A DNA stretch of 64,000 bases from an uncultured Chloroflexia bacterium (GTDB lineage: Bacteria > Chloroflexota > Chloroflexia > Thermomicrobiales > UBA6265). The notes under the pieces were generated by a model, which saw only the letters and a list, made by a program, of their open reading frames with translations, made no database searches and was not told the origin of the DNA. The stretch's first letter is position 1. Each line of letters begins with the position of its first letter. Where the stretch lies: positions 64,001 through 128,000 of the forward strand of contig CAVRUC010000011.1 in assembly GCA_963724295.1 (NCBI GenBank), given 5' to 3'. The position numbers and the translations under genes were made by a program. This document shows positions 32,672-41,921 of the stretch, piece after piece.

Positions 32672-34096
32672 TTATTCAGCGCCCGCGGCGGCCTTGATGC
32701 GATCCCAGATCCCAGGGTCCTTTTTCTGCGGGTAGGTGAAGCGGCCAACAGCCCGATCCACCGGGCCGACCTCCGGCGCTTTGGCGGTGTACTTGACCGT
32801 GACGGTGATCGGCCCAGTGTAGCCACCGAGCAACCTGACCAGATTGTCCACCCCGGCGTTGCCAATGTCGATGCAGCCGGACGAGCCGGGCATGACGCCG
32901 CCATGAAGAAAGAAGCCGCTGCGCGTCTGGGTGTTGCCGCAGCCTTTCGGTCCAGGCACGATCGAGACCGGCGCCAGCGGCACCCGCCCAGCACCCCAAT
33001 CCCCGCCATGCAACGAGACGCCGAAAGGATCCGTGAAGCTGCCACCGGGGAGCATCTGGAGTCGTTCCGACTGGGTGAAGGTCGCCATCTGGGTGGCAGT
33101 GAAACGGTACGTCCCCTCAGGAATCGGTCCGTTGTCGCTGATACCAACATAACGCGGGTTATTGAGATAACTGTCGTCTTTGCTACCGCCGCAGGCCGCC
33201 GCGTCACCTGGGCGGACGGTGTAGGGGCGGCCTGACTGGGCAGCGATCTGCATGATCTGCTTCCCATCCCCGAGTACGGTGAACTGCGCGCCGTCAAAGG
33301 TGGCGGTGATCTTCTTGTGAGGGGACTTGGCCCCAGCGGGATGTGTGAACTTGGTACCGAGCGTCTTGCGCTGCACACCACCCGCCGCGACGGGGCTGCT
33401 GAGTGCCATGCCGGGCGCTGTGCCGGCAGCCTGCCCCACGCGCTCGGCTTGCCGCTCCGCTCCTTCCAGTTCCGGCCCGGCCAGGCGCGCCTCATTCAGG
33501 TTGGGAGTCGCTGTTAGTCCACCTTGCTGGAGGACGTGCGTTAGTTCGTGCGCGAGCAAACGCTGCCCCAACGGCGCGTGCGGCTCAAATGCTCCCCGGC
33601 CGAAGACAACGTGGCGGCCGAAGGTGTAGGCACGGGCGCCGATCGCTTCTGCCGATTCCGCCGCGCGCTCCCCGGTGTGCAGTCGCACCCCATGCAGCGA
33701 GTGGCCGAGCTGCATCTCCATTCCCGACTGGGTTGCGGCGTCGAGCGCCTGGCCAGGCGAGCTGAGCTCTGCGCGAACGACGGGCGGGACGGCTGCCGGA
33801 TCGTGGGCGGCCTCATGCGGGGACCGTTGGACTGACTCCCGCCCCATTGCACACGCCGCGCACTCACCCCCTGGTTCCGCCTCGCCTCCACAGGAGCAGC
33901 GCTGCCGTTGGACAGTCGGGGCTGGCGGTCGGTCAATGATTCGCAACAGTGCCTGGTTGCCGTAGGTCGATTGCAGGCGCGCCACAGAGTTCGACGCCGG
34001 GGATTGGGCGCGATGCTGCTCACGCCACATCGGGGAGTGTGTCCCCTTGGCCGGTCTGGCTACTCGCGCTGGTGACACTGCTCCTTGCACTGCCAT
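32672..34096 (-). CDS. DUF4157 eCIS cargo with C-terminal Tlde1/DUF2778-like (L,D-transpeptidase-fold) domain
   Basis: VRLHTG, ARAYTFG and LLAHELTHVLQQ; GPIPEGTY, DWG..RVPL and RSGFFLHGG..PGSSGCID. Confidence 0.82.
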   Translation of the reverse strand: MAVQGAVSPARVARPAKGTHSPMWREQHRAQSPASNSVARLQSTYGNQALLRIIDRPPAPTVQRQRCSCGGEAEPGGECAACAMGRESVQRSPHEAAHDPAAVPPVVRAELSSPGQALDAATQSGMEMQLGHSLHGVRLHTGERAAESAEAIGARAYTFGRHVVFGRGAFEPHAPLGQRLLAHELTHVLQQGGLTATPNLNEARLAGPELEGAERQAERVGQAAGTAPGMALSSPVAAGGVQRKTLGTKFTHPAGAKSPHKKITATFDGAQFTVLGDGKQIMQIAAQSGRPYTVRPGDAAACGGSKDDSYLNNPRYVGISDNGPIPEGTYRFTATQMATFTQSERLQMLPGGSFTDPFGVSLHGGDWGAGRVPLAPVSIVPGPKGCGNTQTRSGFFLHGGVMPGSSGCIDIGNAGVDNLVRLLGGYTGPITVTVKYTAKAPEVGPVDRAVGRFTYPQKKDPGIWDRIKAAAGAE

Positions 34097-34108
34097 GGTG
34101 GTCCCGTT

Positions 34109-34939
34109 CTACGCTCGCGGATGCGCTGGAATCATAGCAAGCGGCAGGTAGGCGTTATCCTTGGGCAATCGGTCTCGTCCCAGAAGCCCTGATTCGGTCC
34201 CGAGTGAGGCCAACCCGAGGGCAGGTAGACTCATCAAATAGCGCGGCACGGGGGCGCGCTTCGCCTCGCTCGCCGCCGCGGCGTGTGCCGTGAGCAGCCC
34301 GCGCAGTGCATCGACAAACGCCTCAGGGTCCTGCCGGACGAGCGCGATTACCGCAGCCGCTTGCTGATGAATCGACATCGGCGCGTTGTGAACTCCGGCG
34401 GCGTAGAAGACCGCGACAGCATGTTGGCCGAGCAGGTGCGCCTTCAGCGCGTAGGCGAGACTCTGTTCATCGGGTGTGCAGATCTCAGAGTCCGGACCGA
34501 TGTAGGCCGCATCCGCCGGGTCCCCAACCATCTCCGCGATCTGCTCGGTCAAGGTCGGGTCGCCGGCGATGAGTGCGACCTCCATCGCGAGCAGGCCGAG
34601 TCGTGAATTCGTCAAGGCGCCGATCACATGCGGCGGCATCGCGTGGAGGAAGCCGTTCCCGCTCGTGACTTGAGTCCGGGAAACCGCGACCGTGCCGCGC
34701 GACCGAAAAAGTTCGCCAAATGCGAATGCCGCCCGCTTGATCCAAACCCTTGCGTCGTCGGGGTCGGCGCCAAGTGCGAAGGTAGTCACCGCGCAGGTGA
34801 GTGCATAGTCGACGCCAAGTGCGTGGTCCAATGGCCTGCGCGACGCCGGCTCGAGGGCCAAATATTCCGAATACGCCCCGGCGGAGAATTCGGCGGCGTG
34901 CGCACCCCAGACTGGATCAAATGACAGAGTTGTCGTCAT
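34109..34939 (-). CDS. Imm49-like immunity protein
   Basis: Helical protein ending F..AL..LL..H...SLPALGLA...YLP; directly downstream of a polymorphic-toxin-like gene. Confidence 0.65.
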   Translation of the reverse strand: MTTTLSFDPVWGAHAAEFSAGAYSEYLALEPASRRPLDHALGVDYALTCAVTTFALGADPDDARVWIKRAAFAFGELFRSRGTVAVSRTQVTSGNGFLHAMPPHVIGALTNSRLGLLAMEVALIAGDPTLTEQIAEMVGDPADAAYIGPDSEICTPDEQSLAYALKAHLLGQHAVAVFYAAGVHNAPMSIHQQAAAVIALVRQDPEAFVDALRGLLTAHAAAASEAKRAPVPRYLMSLPALGLASLGTESGLLGRDRLPKDNAYLPLAMIPAHPRA

Positions 34940-35052
34940 CTGATTCGATCCCTTTTTGATCCCAGGAATTCACCCTGCACCTCCAAGTGACAACTGTCCG
35001 GACTGATGGCTGTAACGGCAATATATATGCGGCTGTCGCCCCGATCTGGAGA

Positions 35053-38000
35053 CTACTTCGTCAGCGTGAAGCCGCGTCCCGGTTGGCGCTGGAACCCGAG
35101 CGACTCCAGCGCTGTCCGGACGGCGACCGCGTCAGGGTCAGTTCCTTCGGTAATGATTCGGCGTATCTCTTTGTTGATCCGCGCCTTGAGCTCGGTGGGC
35201 CTAAGCGTTTGGGGTTCTCGCACCGATGCCACGGCCCGATCAAAGATTCGAGACAGCTCCTCCACCTCGCTGAAGCGCCTCGTGAGCAGGGCTTCCGGTT
35301 TGTCGACTACTGAGACCGGCGGTAGTTCGCCGCGATTGGACCTCAACTCACGCGGGTCAATTCCGAGCCCCTTTGTTCGCTGGTTGGTATTCGGGTCCAA
35401 TAATTGACGGTTGTATGGATCAAGGGCCCGGCCCACCGCACGCTGCGGCTTGATGTCGTCGGCTCCCACTGGAAGAACTTCATCAATATCGAAAGTCATG
35501 GCGCGATCGAGCGCGAAGTCCCTCTCGCCTGATTGGATTTGCGCTGCGCGTTTCTCACCAATGTGCATCGAAAACGTCGGATCCACGTCTGCCGGAGCCG
35601 GATCCGCTTCGCTCACTTCTCTCGGCTGGGGTGCCGACGTGGATGGCTCCTGCACGGGTCGAGGCGGCTCGCTCGCCACCGGCTTCGGGGACTCGCCGCC
35701 TTCGTTGAACATCTTGAGCCGAGCATCGAGCGCTGCCCCGTTGTTCGCGCCTTCCAACTGTGCAATCGCTTGATTGAGGTTATCACGCCGCTCGTATAAA
35801 TATTTCTTCAGCGCCTGCTCGTCGTAGCCACCAGTTTCTTTCACACGACTGAGGAGTTGATCCAAGCGGGCGACTTGCTGCGGCGTGACATTCGGCGGGT
35901 AGCAGGGAGACTTGCACTTCTTGAGGGCAGCCGCCGCGAGCGGTTGATCGACGAGCGCCTTCCGTAGCGGTTCGTTGGCCCGCAGCTTGGCGTCGGTGTC
36001 CGGGTCCACACCGCCAATGCGCTGCATTTCTGTGTCGATGCGGACCTTTTCGGGTATCGCTGCCGGTGATTCCGGGATCTGCTTGGCACCTGGCGCGTCC
36101 GCTGCTGGAACCTTGGCCGGGTCGGGGGTGCCAATCGGCTTTTCATCGATCAGGCCCTTCGGCTTCCCCACCTGCGCTTCGGCGTTGACGTGGTGCGAGC
36201 GCTCGGCAAGTGACCCGCCAACCATCACTCCTGTGGACAGCATCGTCTGGCCGATCAACATCATCAGCGCGGCTGCTCGTTCGCCGGGATCCTTGATCTT
36301 CGCCAGCGCGTCCACTTGCTGCATGAACTGGACACTCATCATGACGCCACCGGCCGCGTCGATGCCGAAGCCGACGATCAGCATCGCCTTGCCAAGGCGC
36401 ATCATCCGCAACGAGGTTGCGCCCATGCGGCCAAGACCGATCACGCTGCCTGCAATGTTGACGATCTCCAGAGCGTTTTCCAAATCGAGCTCGAACGTGC
36501 CGGATTCGAGCCGCTGGGAAATTCGGTAAGCGGAAGGGATCGCTCCGGCCAACCCGAGCGGGATGAGGAACATGAGTGACGCGCCTCCGGTCAACGGCGC
36601 AGCCACGACCGCCGCGATCGACAGCGCGGTGGTGACATTGTCGATAGATTCGGCGAGCAAGCTGCCCTTGCTGGCTCCAATGCGGATGGTGCGGATACCG
36701 CCAGAGAGCCCGAGCGCGACTCGGCCCCGGCCGTATCCCTCGGTGCTTTCCAGAAGCGTCTTGACGGCGTCGACAATCGCGTCATCTCGCGATTTACCAG
36801 TGCCGGTTTCGTCTCCGCTCTTCGGCGTCGTCACATCAGAGATGTAGACGTGGTAGGTGTCACCTCGCTTCGTGGTTGTCGTCGGTTTGTCGACCACCTC
36901 CAGCGTCAGCGACATCTTCTGGCCGAAGTCGCTGACAAACTGGGCAGTCAGGAGCTCGGCGTCACCGACTTTGCGGTCAGTTCGCCGCTTGATCAGCTTT
37001 TCGATGTGCTCCAGGTCTTTGGTGGCGGCATCGAGATCGCCCTGCTGCGTGCCGGCCTTGATCGCCTCCACGCGCTTGGCGGCCTCGTCGCGCAGGGTTG
37101 TCAATCGCTCGCCGAGCGGCGCCAGCGACTGCCGCAGCGCCGCCAGCTCTTGCTCTGCCTGCTCTTTTTCCTCTTTGCCGAGATTCCCGTTGGCCAGCGT
37201 CGCTTCGAGTTTCTTGATCTGCTCATGCGCTTTCTCGCGCCTGGCGAGGGCCGTTTTGACGCCGCCGGCCGCCATTTCATCGGGGTCGCGGGCGAGGACC
37301 GGGTAGTAGGCGACACTCGGCGCCCGGACAACTTGCTCCGTGCCCTCTCGAACTTGGGACATCGCCGAGCGGACGAAGTAGAGGCCCGGGGTGGGGAAGA
37401 CGATCAGTTTCTGATGGGCCGGCATCGTCAGGATCTCAATCGCCATCTTGATCCCGGTACCGAGATAACGCAGGATGGCGTTGGCGCCGACGAGGTTCAG
37501 CGCGCCAACGCCGGCAGGGCCGATATCCGATTGCATGGAGTCGACCACCCGCTTGATATCCTCCTTTGCGTAGGCGGTCGTCCGGCTGAACCGGACTGCA
37601 GCCACCTCACCGTGGCTGACTTCCTCACCTCGCATCTTGGAGACGTCGATCGGTTCGCCGATCTGCTCATCCGGGATGCGGACCCGTTCCCAGTTGAAGG
37701 CGTAGCGGCCAAGCGCTTCATAGACGGATGGAAACTGCACCTCCATGTTGAATCGGAAGTCAGTGCCGAGCGCGGCCTCGAAGGGTGGAATCGGTGATGC
37801 CGAGACGGGTGAGAGCGTTGAGGGAAACGCGGGGGCATTGGCCGTGCCGGGCCTATCACGAATAACCTCGTCGCCCTCCTGGAACGTCCCCTCAAAGAGC
37901 ATCCGCTGCGTGTAGCCGGCGTAGTTCGTCATGAGTTGGACGCGAGCGGCCTCGTCCGTCTCCGCATCCCGCGCGAGGTGGGCTTGCGTGCGCATGTACC

Positions 38001-39498
38001 CGAGCAGGACCACGGCGGCGCCTGGGTTGTTCAGTCTTGTGGGTGGCGCTGTAATCCTGATCGGCTCACCTTTCTTCGGCTTCGGTAATCGCCAAATGGC
38101 GCCGTAGGCGCCGGCGGTTTTCTCGTTCGCCGCGAGTTTGGTATCGATCCGAATCGCCTCCAACACCATCGCCGGTTGGTAGAGTGCCGTCATGATCTGG
38201 CCGATTGTCATGCCAATGCCGGCGAACGCGGCGGTCTCACCGGCCTGGCTCTGTGCAAGGAGGACGGCATAGTCGCGCAGCATGAGGCCGTGCTGCGCCA
38301 TCTCACGATTGAAAATCTCTCGGGAGTACCAGCTTGGTAGCGGGATATCCCATTCCTTAAGTGAGCGAATGAACTCGTCCCAGAGGTTGAGACTCGCATA
38401 CCCCAGAACGAGTAAATCTTCCTGTTCCGGTGTCAGTTGCAATTCGAGCTTCTTCGACCTGAGGAAGGAGATCACCGCCAGGCTCGGCGTCAGGCCTAGA
38501 TCCACATGACCAATCTCTTCGCCGGCTTTGGCGGGTTTGGCGGACCTGAAGCCGCCGTACCGCTCGAACTTCCCCTTATTGAGGATCGTCTCGACTTCGG
38601 CAACGAATGCGGGATCGTACTTGGCGCCGAGCAGGCGGCCCAGGATGATCGCTAGCAACTGCGGCGTCTTGCGGCCCGCCTTGTACCGGATATGGTCGGG
38701 TACGTCGAAGCTGAGCCCACTCAGCGACGCGCTCATGCCAACGGAAGGGGGCGTTTCCGTCGGTACTTCTGGGGCGCGAAGGATGGATCCGCGGACCGGG
38801 GCCAGGGCCGCCGGTCGCCCACCCGCGAGAACTGCTTGGGCCGCTGCTTCGGCCTCGTGCTCGTGGTACCCGTCTGCCGGCGCGATGCCGTCTGGCGCCG
38901 TTTGGATGGTGGAATTCGCATTCGATTGCTGGACTACATGGGCAAGCTCATGTGCCAGCAGACGCCGGCCGGCGCCGCTATGCGGCGCATGCTGGCCCGT
39001 GGCGAAAACAATGTTGTGACCGATGGTGTAGGCCCGGGCGTCAATTGCGCGGGCGGATGCCGCCGCCCGTGAATCGGTATGAACCCGGACGTCGCCAAAA
39101 TCGTGGCCGAAGTGCGACTCCATCTCGGACCGCACGGACATGTCCAGGGGTTGCCCTGCGGAGCGGGCCGTCTCATGCACGAGCGAAGGGGCGGCGTGCG
39201 GGACTGCCGCCGCCCCCGGGGCAGGTTCGCGTTGGATTGCGCGGCGCTTGGCAGCGCAGGACGCGCACTCGCCATCGGCGCCCGCCTCGCCACCGCAGGC
39301 GCAGCGTTGGCGCTGGATCACCGGCCTCGCCTGGTCGAGCATGCGCATCACGGCGCGATTGCCATGCGTTGACTGGAGGCGGAGGATCGATACGCCTGGA
39401 CCGCGCGCGGGCAGCTCTGGACGCGGACCTTCCTGGCCGACGGCTGGCTCCGGTGCGATCTGCTTGACTGGGTTCTGGTCTTTGACGGTCACGGCCAT
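35053..39498 (-). CDS. Large DUF4157 eCIS cargo, polymorphic-toxin-like (1481 aa)
   Basis: DFGDVRVHTD, ARAYTIG and LLAHELAHVVQQ; coiled coil; hydrophobic helices at about 36.2-36.65 kb; Pro-rich linkers; distinct C-terminal domain. Confidence 0.8.
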   Translation of the reverse strand: MAVTVKDQNPVKQIAPEPAVGQEGPRPELPARGPGVSILRLQSTHGNRAVMRMLDQARPVIQRQRCACGGEAGADGECASCAAKRRAIQREPAPGAAAVPHAAPSLVHETARSAGQPLDMSVRSEMESHFGHDFGDVRVHTDSRAAASARAIDARAYTIGHNIVFATGQHAPHSGAGRRLLAHELAHVVQQSNANSTIQTAPDGIAPADGYHEHEAEAAAQAVLAGGRPAALAPVRGSILRAPEVPTETPPSVGMSASLSGLSFDVPDHIRYKAGRKTPQLLAIILGRLLGAKYDPAFVAEVETILNKGKFERYGGFRSAKPAKAGEEIGHVDLGLTPSLAVISFLRSKKLELQLTPEQEDLLVLGYASLNLWDEFIRSLKEWDIPLPSWYSREIFNREMAQHGLMLRDYAVLLAQSQAGETAAFAGIGMTIGQIMTALYQPAMVLEAIRIDTKLAANEKTAGAYGAIWRLPKPKKGEPIRITAPPTRLNNPGAAVVLLGYMRTQAHLARDAETDEAARVQLMTNYAGYTQRMLFEGTFQEGDEVIRDRPGTANAPAFPSTLSPVSASPIPPFEAALGTDFRFNMEVQFPSVYEALGRYAFNWERVRIPDEQIGEPIDVSKMRGEEVSHGEVAAVRFSRTTAYAKEDIKRVVDSMQSDIGPAGVGALNLVGANAILRYLGTGIKMAIEILTMPAHQKLIVFPTPGLYFVRSAMSQVREGTEQVVRAPSVAYYPVLARDPDEMAAGGVKTALARREKAHEQIKKLEATLANGNLGKEEKEQAEQELAALRQSLAPLGERLTTLRDEAAKRVEAIKAGTQQGDLDAATKDLEHIEKLIKRRTDRKVGDAELLTAQFVSDFGQKMSLTLEVVDKPTTTTKRGDTYHVYISDVTTPKSGDETGTGKSRDDAIVDAVKTLLESTEGYGRGRVALGLSGGIRTIRIGASKGSLLAESIDNVTTALSIAAVVAAPLTGGASLMFLIPLGLAGAIPSAYRISQRLESGTFELDLENALEIVNIAGSVIGLGRMGATSLRMMRLGKAMLIVGFGIDAAGGVMMSVQFMQQVDALAKIKDPGERAAALMMLIGQTMLSTGVMVGGSLAERSHHVNAEAQVGKPKGLIDEKPIGTPDPAKVPAADAPGAKQIPESPAAIPEKVRIDTEMQRIGGVDPDTDAKLRANEPLRKALVDQPLAAAALKKCKSPCYPPNVTPQQVARLDQLLSRVKETGGYDEQALKKYLYERRDNLNQAIAQLEGANNGAALDARLKMFNEGGESPKPVASEPPRPVQEPSTSAPQPREVSEADPAPADVDPTFSMHIGEKRAAQIQSGERDFALDRAMTFDIDEVLPVGADDIKPQRAVGRALDPYNRQLLDPNTNQRTKGLGIDPRELRSNRGELPPVSVVDKPEALLTRRFSEVEELSRIFDRAVASVREPQTLRPTELKARINKEIRRIITEGTDPDAVAVRTALESLGFQRQPGRGFTLTK

Positions 39499-39513
39499 CC
39501 GCCATGTCCTCCG

Positions 39514-40725
39514 CTACGGCGCAGTGAAATCAGCGGAATCTTTGCCGCCGCTGATCTTGGACACGGTCGTCTTGATATGGTCGATGATCGCCCCGAGATT
39601 GTTGGCCGTTCCTCGCTGGATGTCATGGAGCAGGGTGACAATGGTCGACGACGGTGTGGTGGTCTTCCAGCCACGGCCATGGACGGCGGCGACCCCGGCT
39701 TCGACCCGTTTCTTGAGGTCAGCGAGCGATTTGTTCGCGCCCTGGTCGACGTCGATATCCCAGAGCAGGTTGGTCAGGCCGACTTTGGAGTAGGTCGCCT
39801 CGACATCGGGATTGAGCGCACCGGTGGGGGGCCGGACCAGCGTTGGTTCAGACCCGGTCACTTTTTTGACAGCAGCTTTACCAGCCTGGAGCTCGCCTTC
39901 CAGTCGTCCGGCCGCCTCGGCCCTGGTGTGGAGCTCATGGTCAGCCGTGCCCCCGGTGTGGATGCCGACCTTGTGTCCTTCGGCCTGCATCCGCGCGACG
40001 AGTTTCCGCCCAATGGCGTTTGCCATGCGATGAGCGACACCAGTTTGGATAAAGAATGCCGCTTTGATGCTACGCGCCTTGAGCGTGTCGAGTACGTTCT
40101 CCGTCAGATTCCGACCACCGCCGAGGGGGGCGGCGTGTGGACCGTCGTCAAAGGTGAGGGAGAAGGTGCGGGTGGCGCGCATGACTCGCCTGGCGGCACG
40201 GATGGGGGCGGGGACGGGCCGCCCCTGCGCAGCTGCGGTGGCCATTGTTCCCGCCTGGCGCTCGGGTTTGCTCCCGGTCTCGTCGATAGGGAGGTCGGTC
40301 GTCGGCCGGCTCCCCTCTTGTTGGGCCACGTGCGCGAGCTCGTGGGCGAGCAGACCGCGACCCTGGGAGGACGCTGGGGCATAGCGGCCGGCGCCGAAGA
40401 CAATGTCATTGCCGAGCGTGTAGGCCTGGGCATCGAGTGAACGAGCGGAGGCCGCGGCCTCCGCTCCAGTGTGGATGCGGACGCGCCCGAAGGGGCGGCC
40501 GAACCGGCGCTCCATGAGGGTGCGGGTTTGCGCGTCGAGGGGCCGGCTCGGAGATTGCAGCGCCGCCTCTACGTCCGGCGACCCGGCGTTGCGGCCGATT
40601 CGGGCGAGTGCCGCCTGGTTGCCACCAACCGCGGCGTCCGCGCGGTGGGTCAGGCGGCGGGCGGACGCCATGGCGCGGCCGGGGACACCCGCTGCCGCAC
40701 GGGCAATTTTGGTGTGAGCGCGCAT
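39514..40725 (-). CDS. DUF4157 eCIS cargo with CE4/NodB polysaccharide deacetylase domain
   Basis: LLAHELAHVAQQ followed by LTFDDGP, GIHT...H, RPPTG, WDID and LLHD. Confidence 0.88.
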   Translation of the reverse strand: MRAHTKIARAAAGVPGRAMASARRLTHRADAAVGGNQAALARIGRNAGSPDVEAALQSPSRPLDAQTRTLMERRFGRPFGRVRIHTGAEAAASARSLDAQAYTLGNDIVFGAGRYAPASSQGRGLLAHELAHVAQQEGSRPTTDLPIDETGSKPERQAGTMATAAAQGRPVPAPIRAARRVMRATRTFSLTFDDGPHAAPLGGGRNLTENVLDTLKARSIKAAFFIQTGVAHRMANAIGRKLVARMQAEGHKVGIHTGGTADHELHTRAEAAGRLEGELQAGKAAVKKVTGSEPTLVRPPTGALNPDVEATYSKVGLTNLLWDIDVDQGANKSLADLKKRVEAGVAAVHGRGWKTTTPSSTIVTLLHDIQRGTANNLGAIIDHIKTTVSKISGGKDSADFTAP

Positions 40726-40744
40726 TCGTGCTCTCCCCATCAGA

Positions 40745-41863
40745 TCAGCTGCTGGCGCTTCGGCCAGCCGTGTTGGTTCGCCGCGAAGATCTCCGCCCCG
40801 TCGCCAGATCGGGAGCAGCGGCAGGAGCCGTCTCGCTCGCCCTGGCCTCCTCGCGGGCCGTCGTTTCCGACATGGGTGTTTCAGGTGCGGGTTGCGGGGT
40901 TCCGTGCTGGTGTTCACGAAACAGCTCGCGCTCCCCGCGTCGGGAATCCATCGTCCCATCACGTGCGGGTTGGTCGCACTCCGTCGCCTGGCACGCGTAC
41001 TCGAATCCTCGCAACGATGGGACGATCCGGCGGCAATCGCAGTTGTCGATCAGGGTGACGGTGCCGTTGGCATCGAACTCCACTCTGGCCAGGACAACCC
41101 AGGGACTCTGCGGGCAGTCGGGACAGGCGGGATTCCTCACTCCGCGGAGGGTCAGTCCCTCCGGCTGCTCGGTCTCATGGCCTGGCGGGCAGCAATCGAG
41201 GGTATCGATCTCGTAGCTGTCGCGGAAGCGCGAGTGTTCACACGGGGTGTCATCGCATCCACAGCCGGCTGGCTGGGCGCGAACCGGCCGCACCCGACAC
41301 TCCTTGTAGCGGACGGCGACCCAAAGAGGACTGGATATCCGGCTGTCATAGACCTCGCTGCACCATGGGTCGGAGAGGTCGTCGCCCGCGCCCGCACAAC
41401 CGCTGACGCCGCCACCACGCAGGGACACTTCCTGCGCGCAATCGATGATGATCTCGTCGCCGTAGGGGCCGAGAATGTAGCCCGGTTCGACCCGGACCTT
41501 CCATGGCACGGTTCCGCTGGCCGTGTCCGCCACGTTGCCATTGCCGCCATTGGTCGCGGCGGCCCTGGCCAGCGAGCCGCGGCTCCTGGTCGTGTCCGTT
41601 CTCTTCTGGCCTGTCTCGGGGATGACACAGACGAGCGCGCCGCAGACGACACCCCAGCCGTGGAGGTAGATGTTGTGGCGGCGCAGCCGATCGCGGAAAT
41701 ATTCCGCTTCCAGACCCAGCTCGTCCGGTGTGATCAACTGCCGGGGGAAATAGCGGGGGCGCTCCAGCACGCCGAAGGGGAAGCAGGTGTGGCCATTAGG
41801 GCTGCACGGGTTCACCTCTGTTTGCGCGTAACCGGCCGATGGCTGTCTCATGGTCATGTGCAT
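40745..41863 (-). CDS. eCIS-associated Cys-rich fibre/baseplate-attachment-like protein (paralog D)
   Basis: ERPRYFPRQL...DRLRRHN..LHGWGVVCG and VEPGYILGPYGDEI. Confidence 0.6.
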   Translation of the reverse strand: MHMTMRQPSAGYAQTEVNPCSPNGHTCFPFGVLERPRYFPRQLITPDELGLEAEYFRDRLRRHNIYLHGWGVVCGALVCVIPETGQKRTDTTRSRGSLARAAATNGGNGNVADTASGTVPWKVRVEPGYILGPYGDEIIIDCAQEVSLRGGGVSGCAGAGDDLSDPWCSEVYDSRISSPLWVAVRYKECRVRPVRAQPAGCGCDDTPCEHSRFRDSYEIDTLDCCPPGHETEQPEGLTLRGVRNPACPDCPQSPWVVLARVEFDANGTVTLIDNCDCRRIVPSLRGFEYACQATECDQPARDGTMDSRRGERELFREHQHGTPQPAPETPMSETTAREEARASETAPAAAPDLATGRRSSRRTNTAGRSASS

Positions 41864-41921
41864 AGGGTCTCTCCTCGGACGCCGCGGTGGCGGCGCGGTC
41901 GGTGGACGGCATCCCGCCCTG

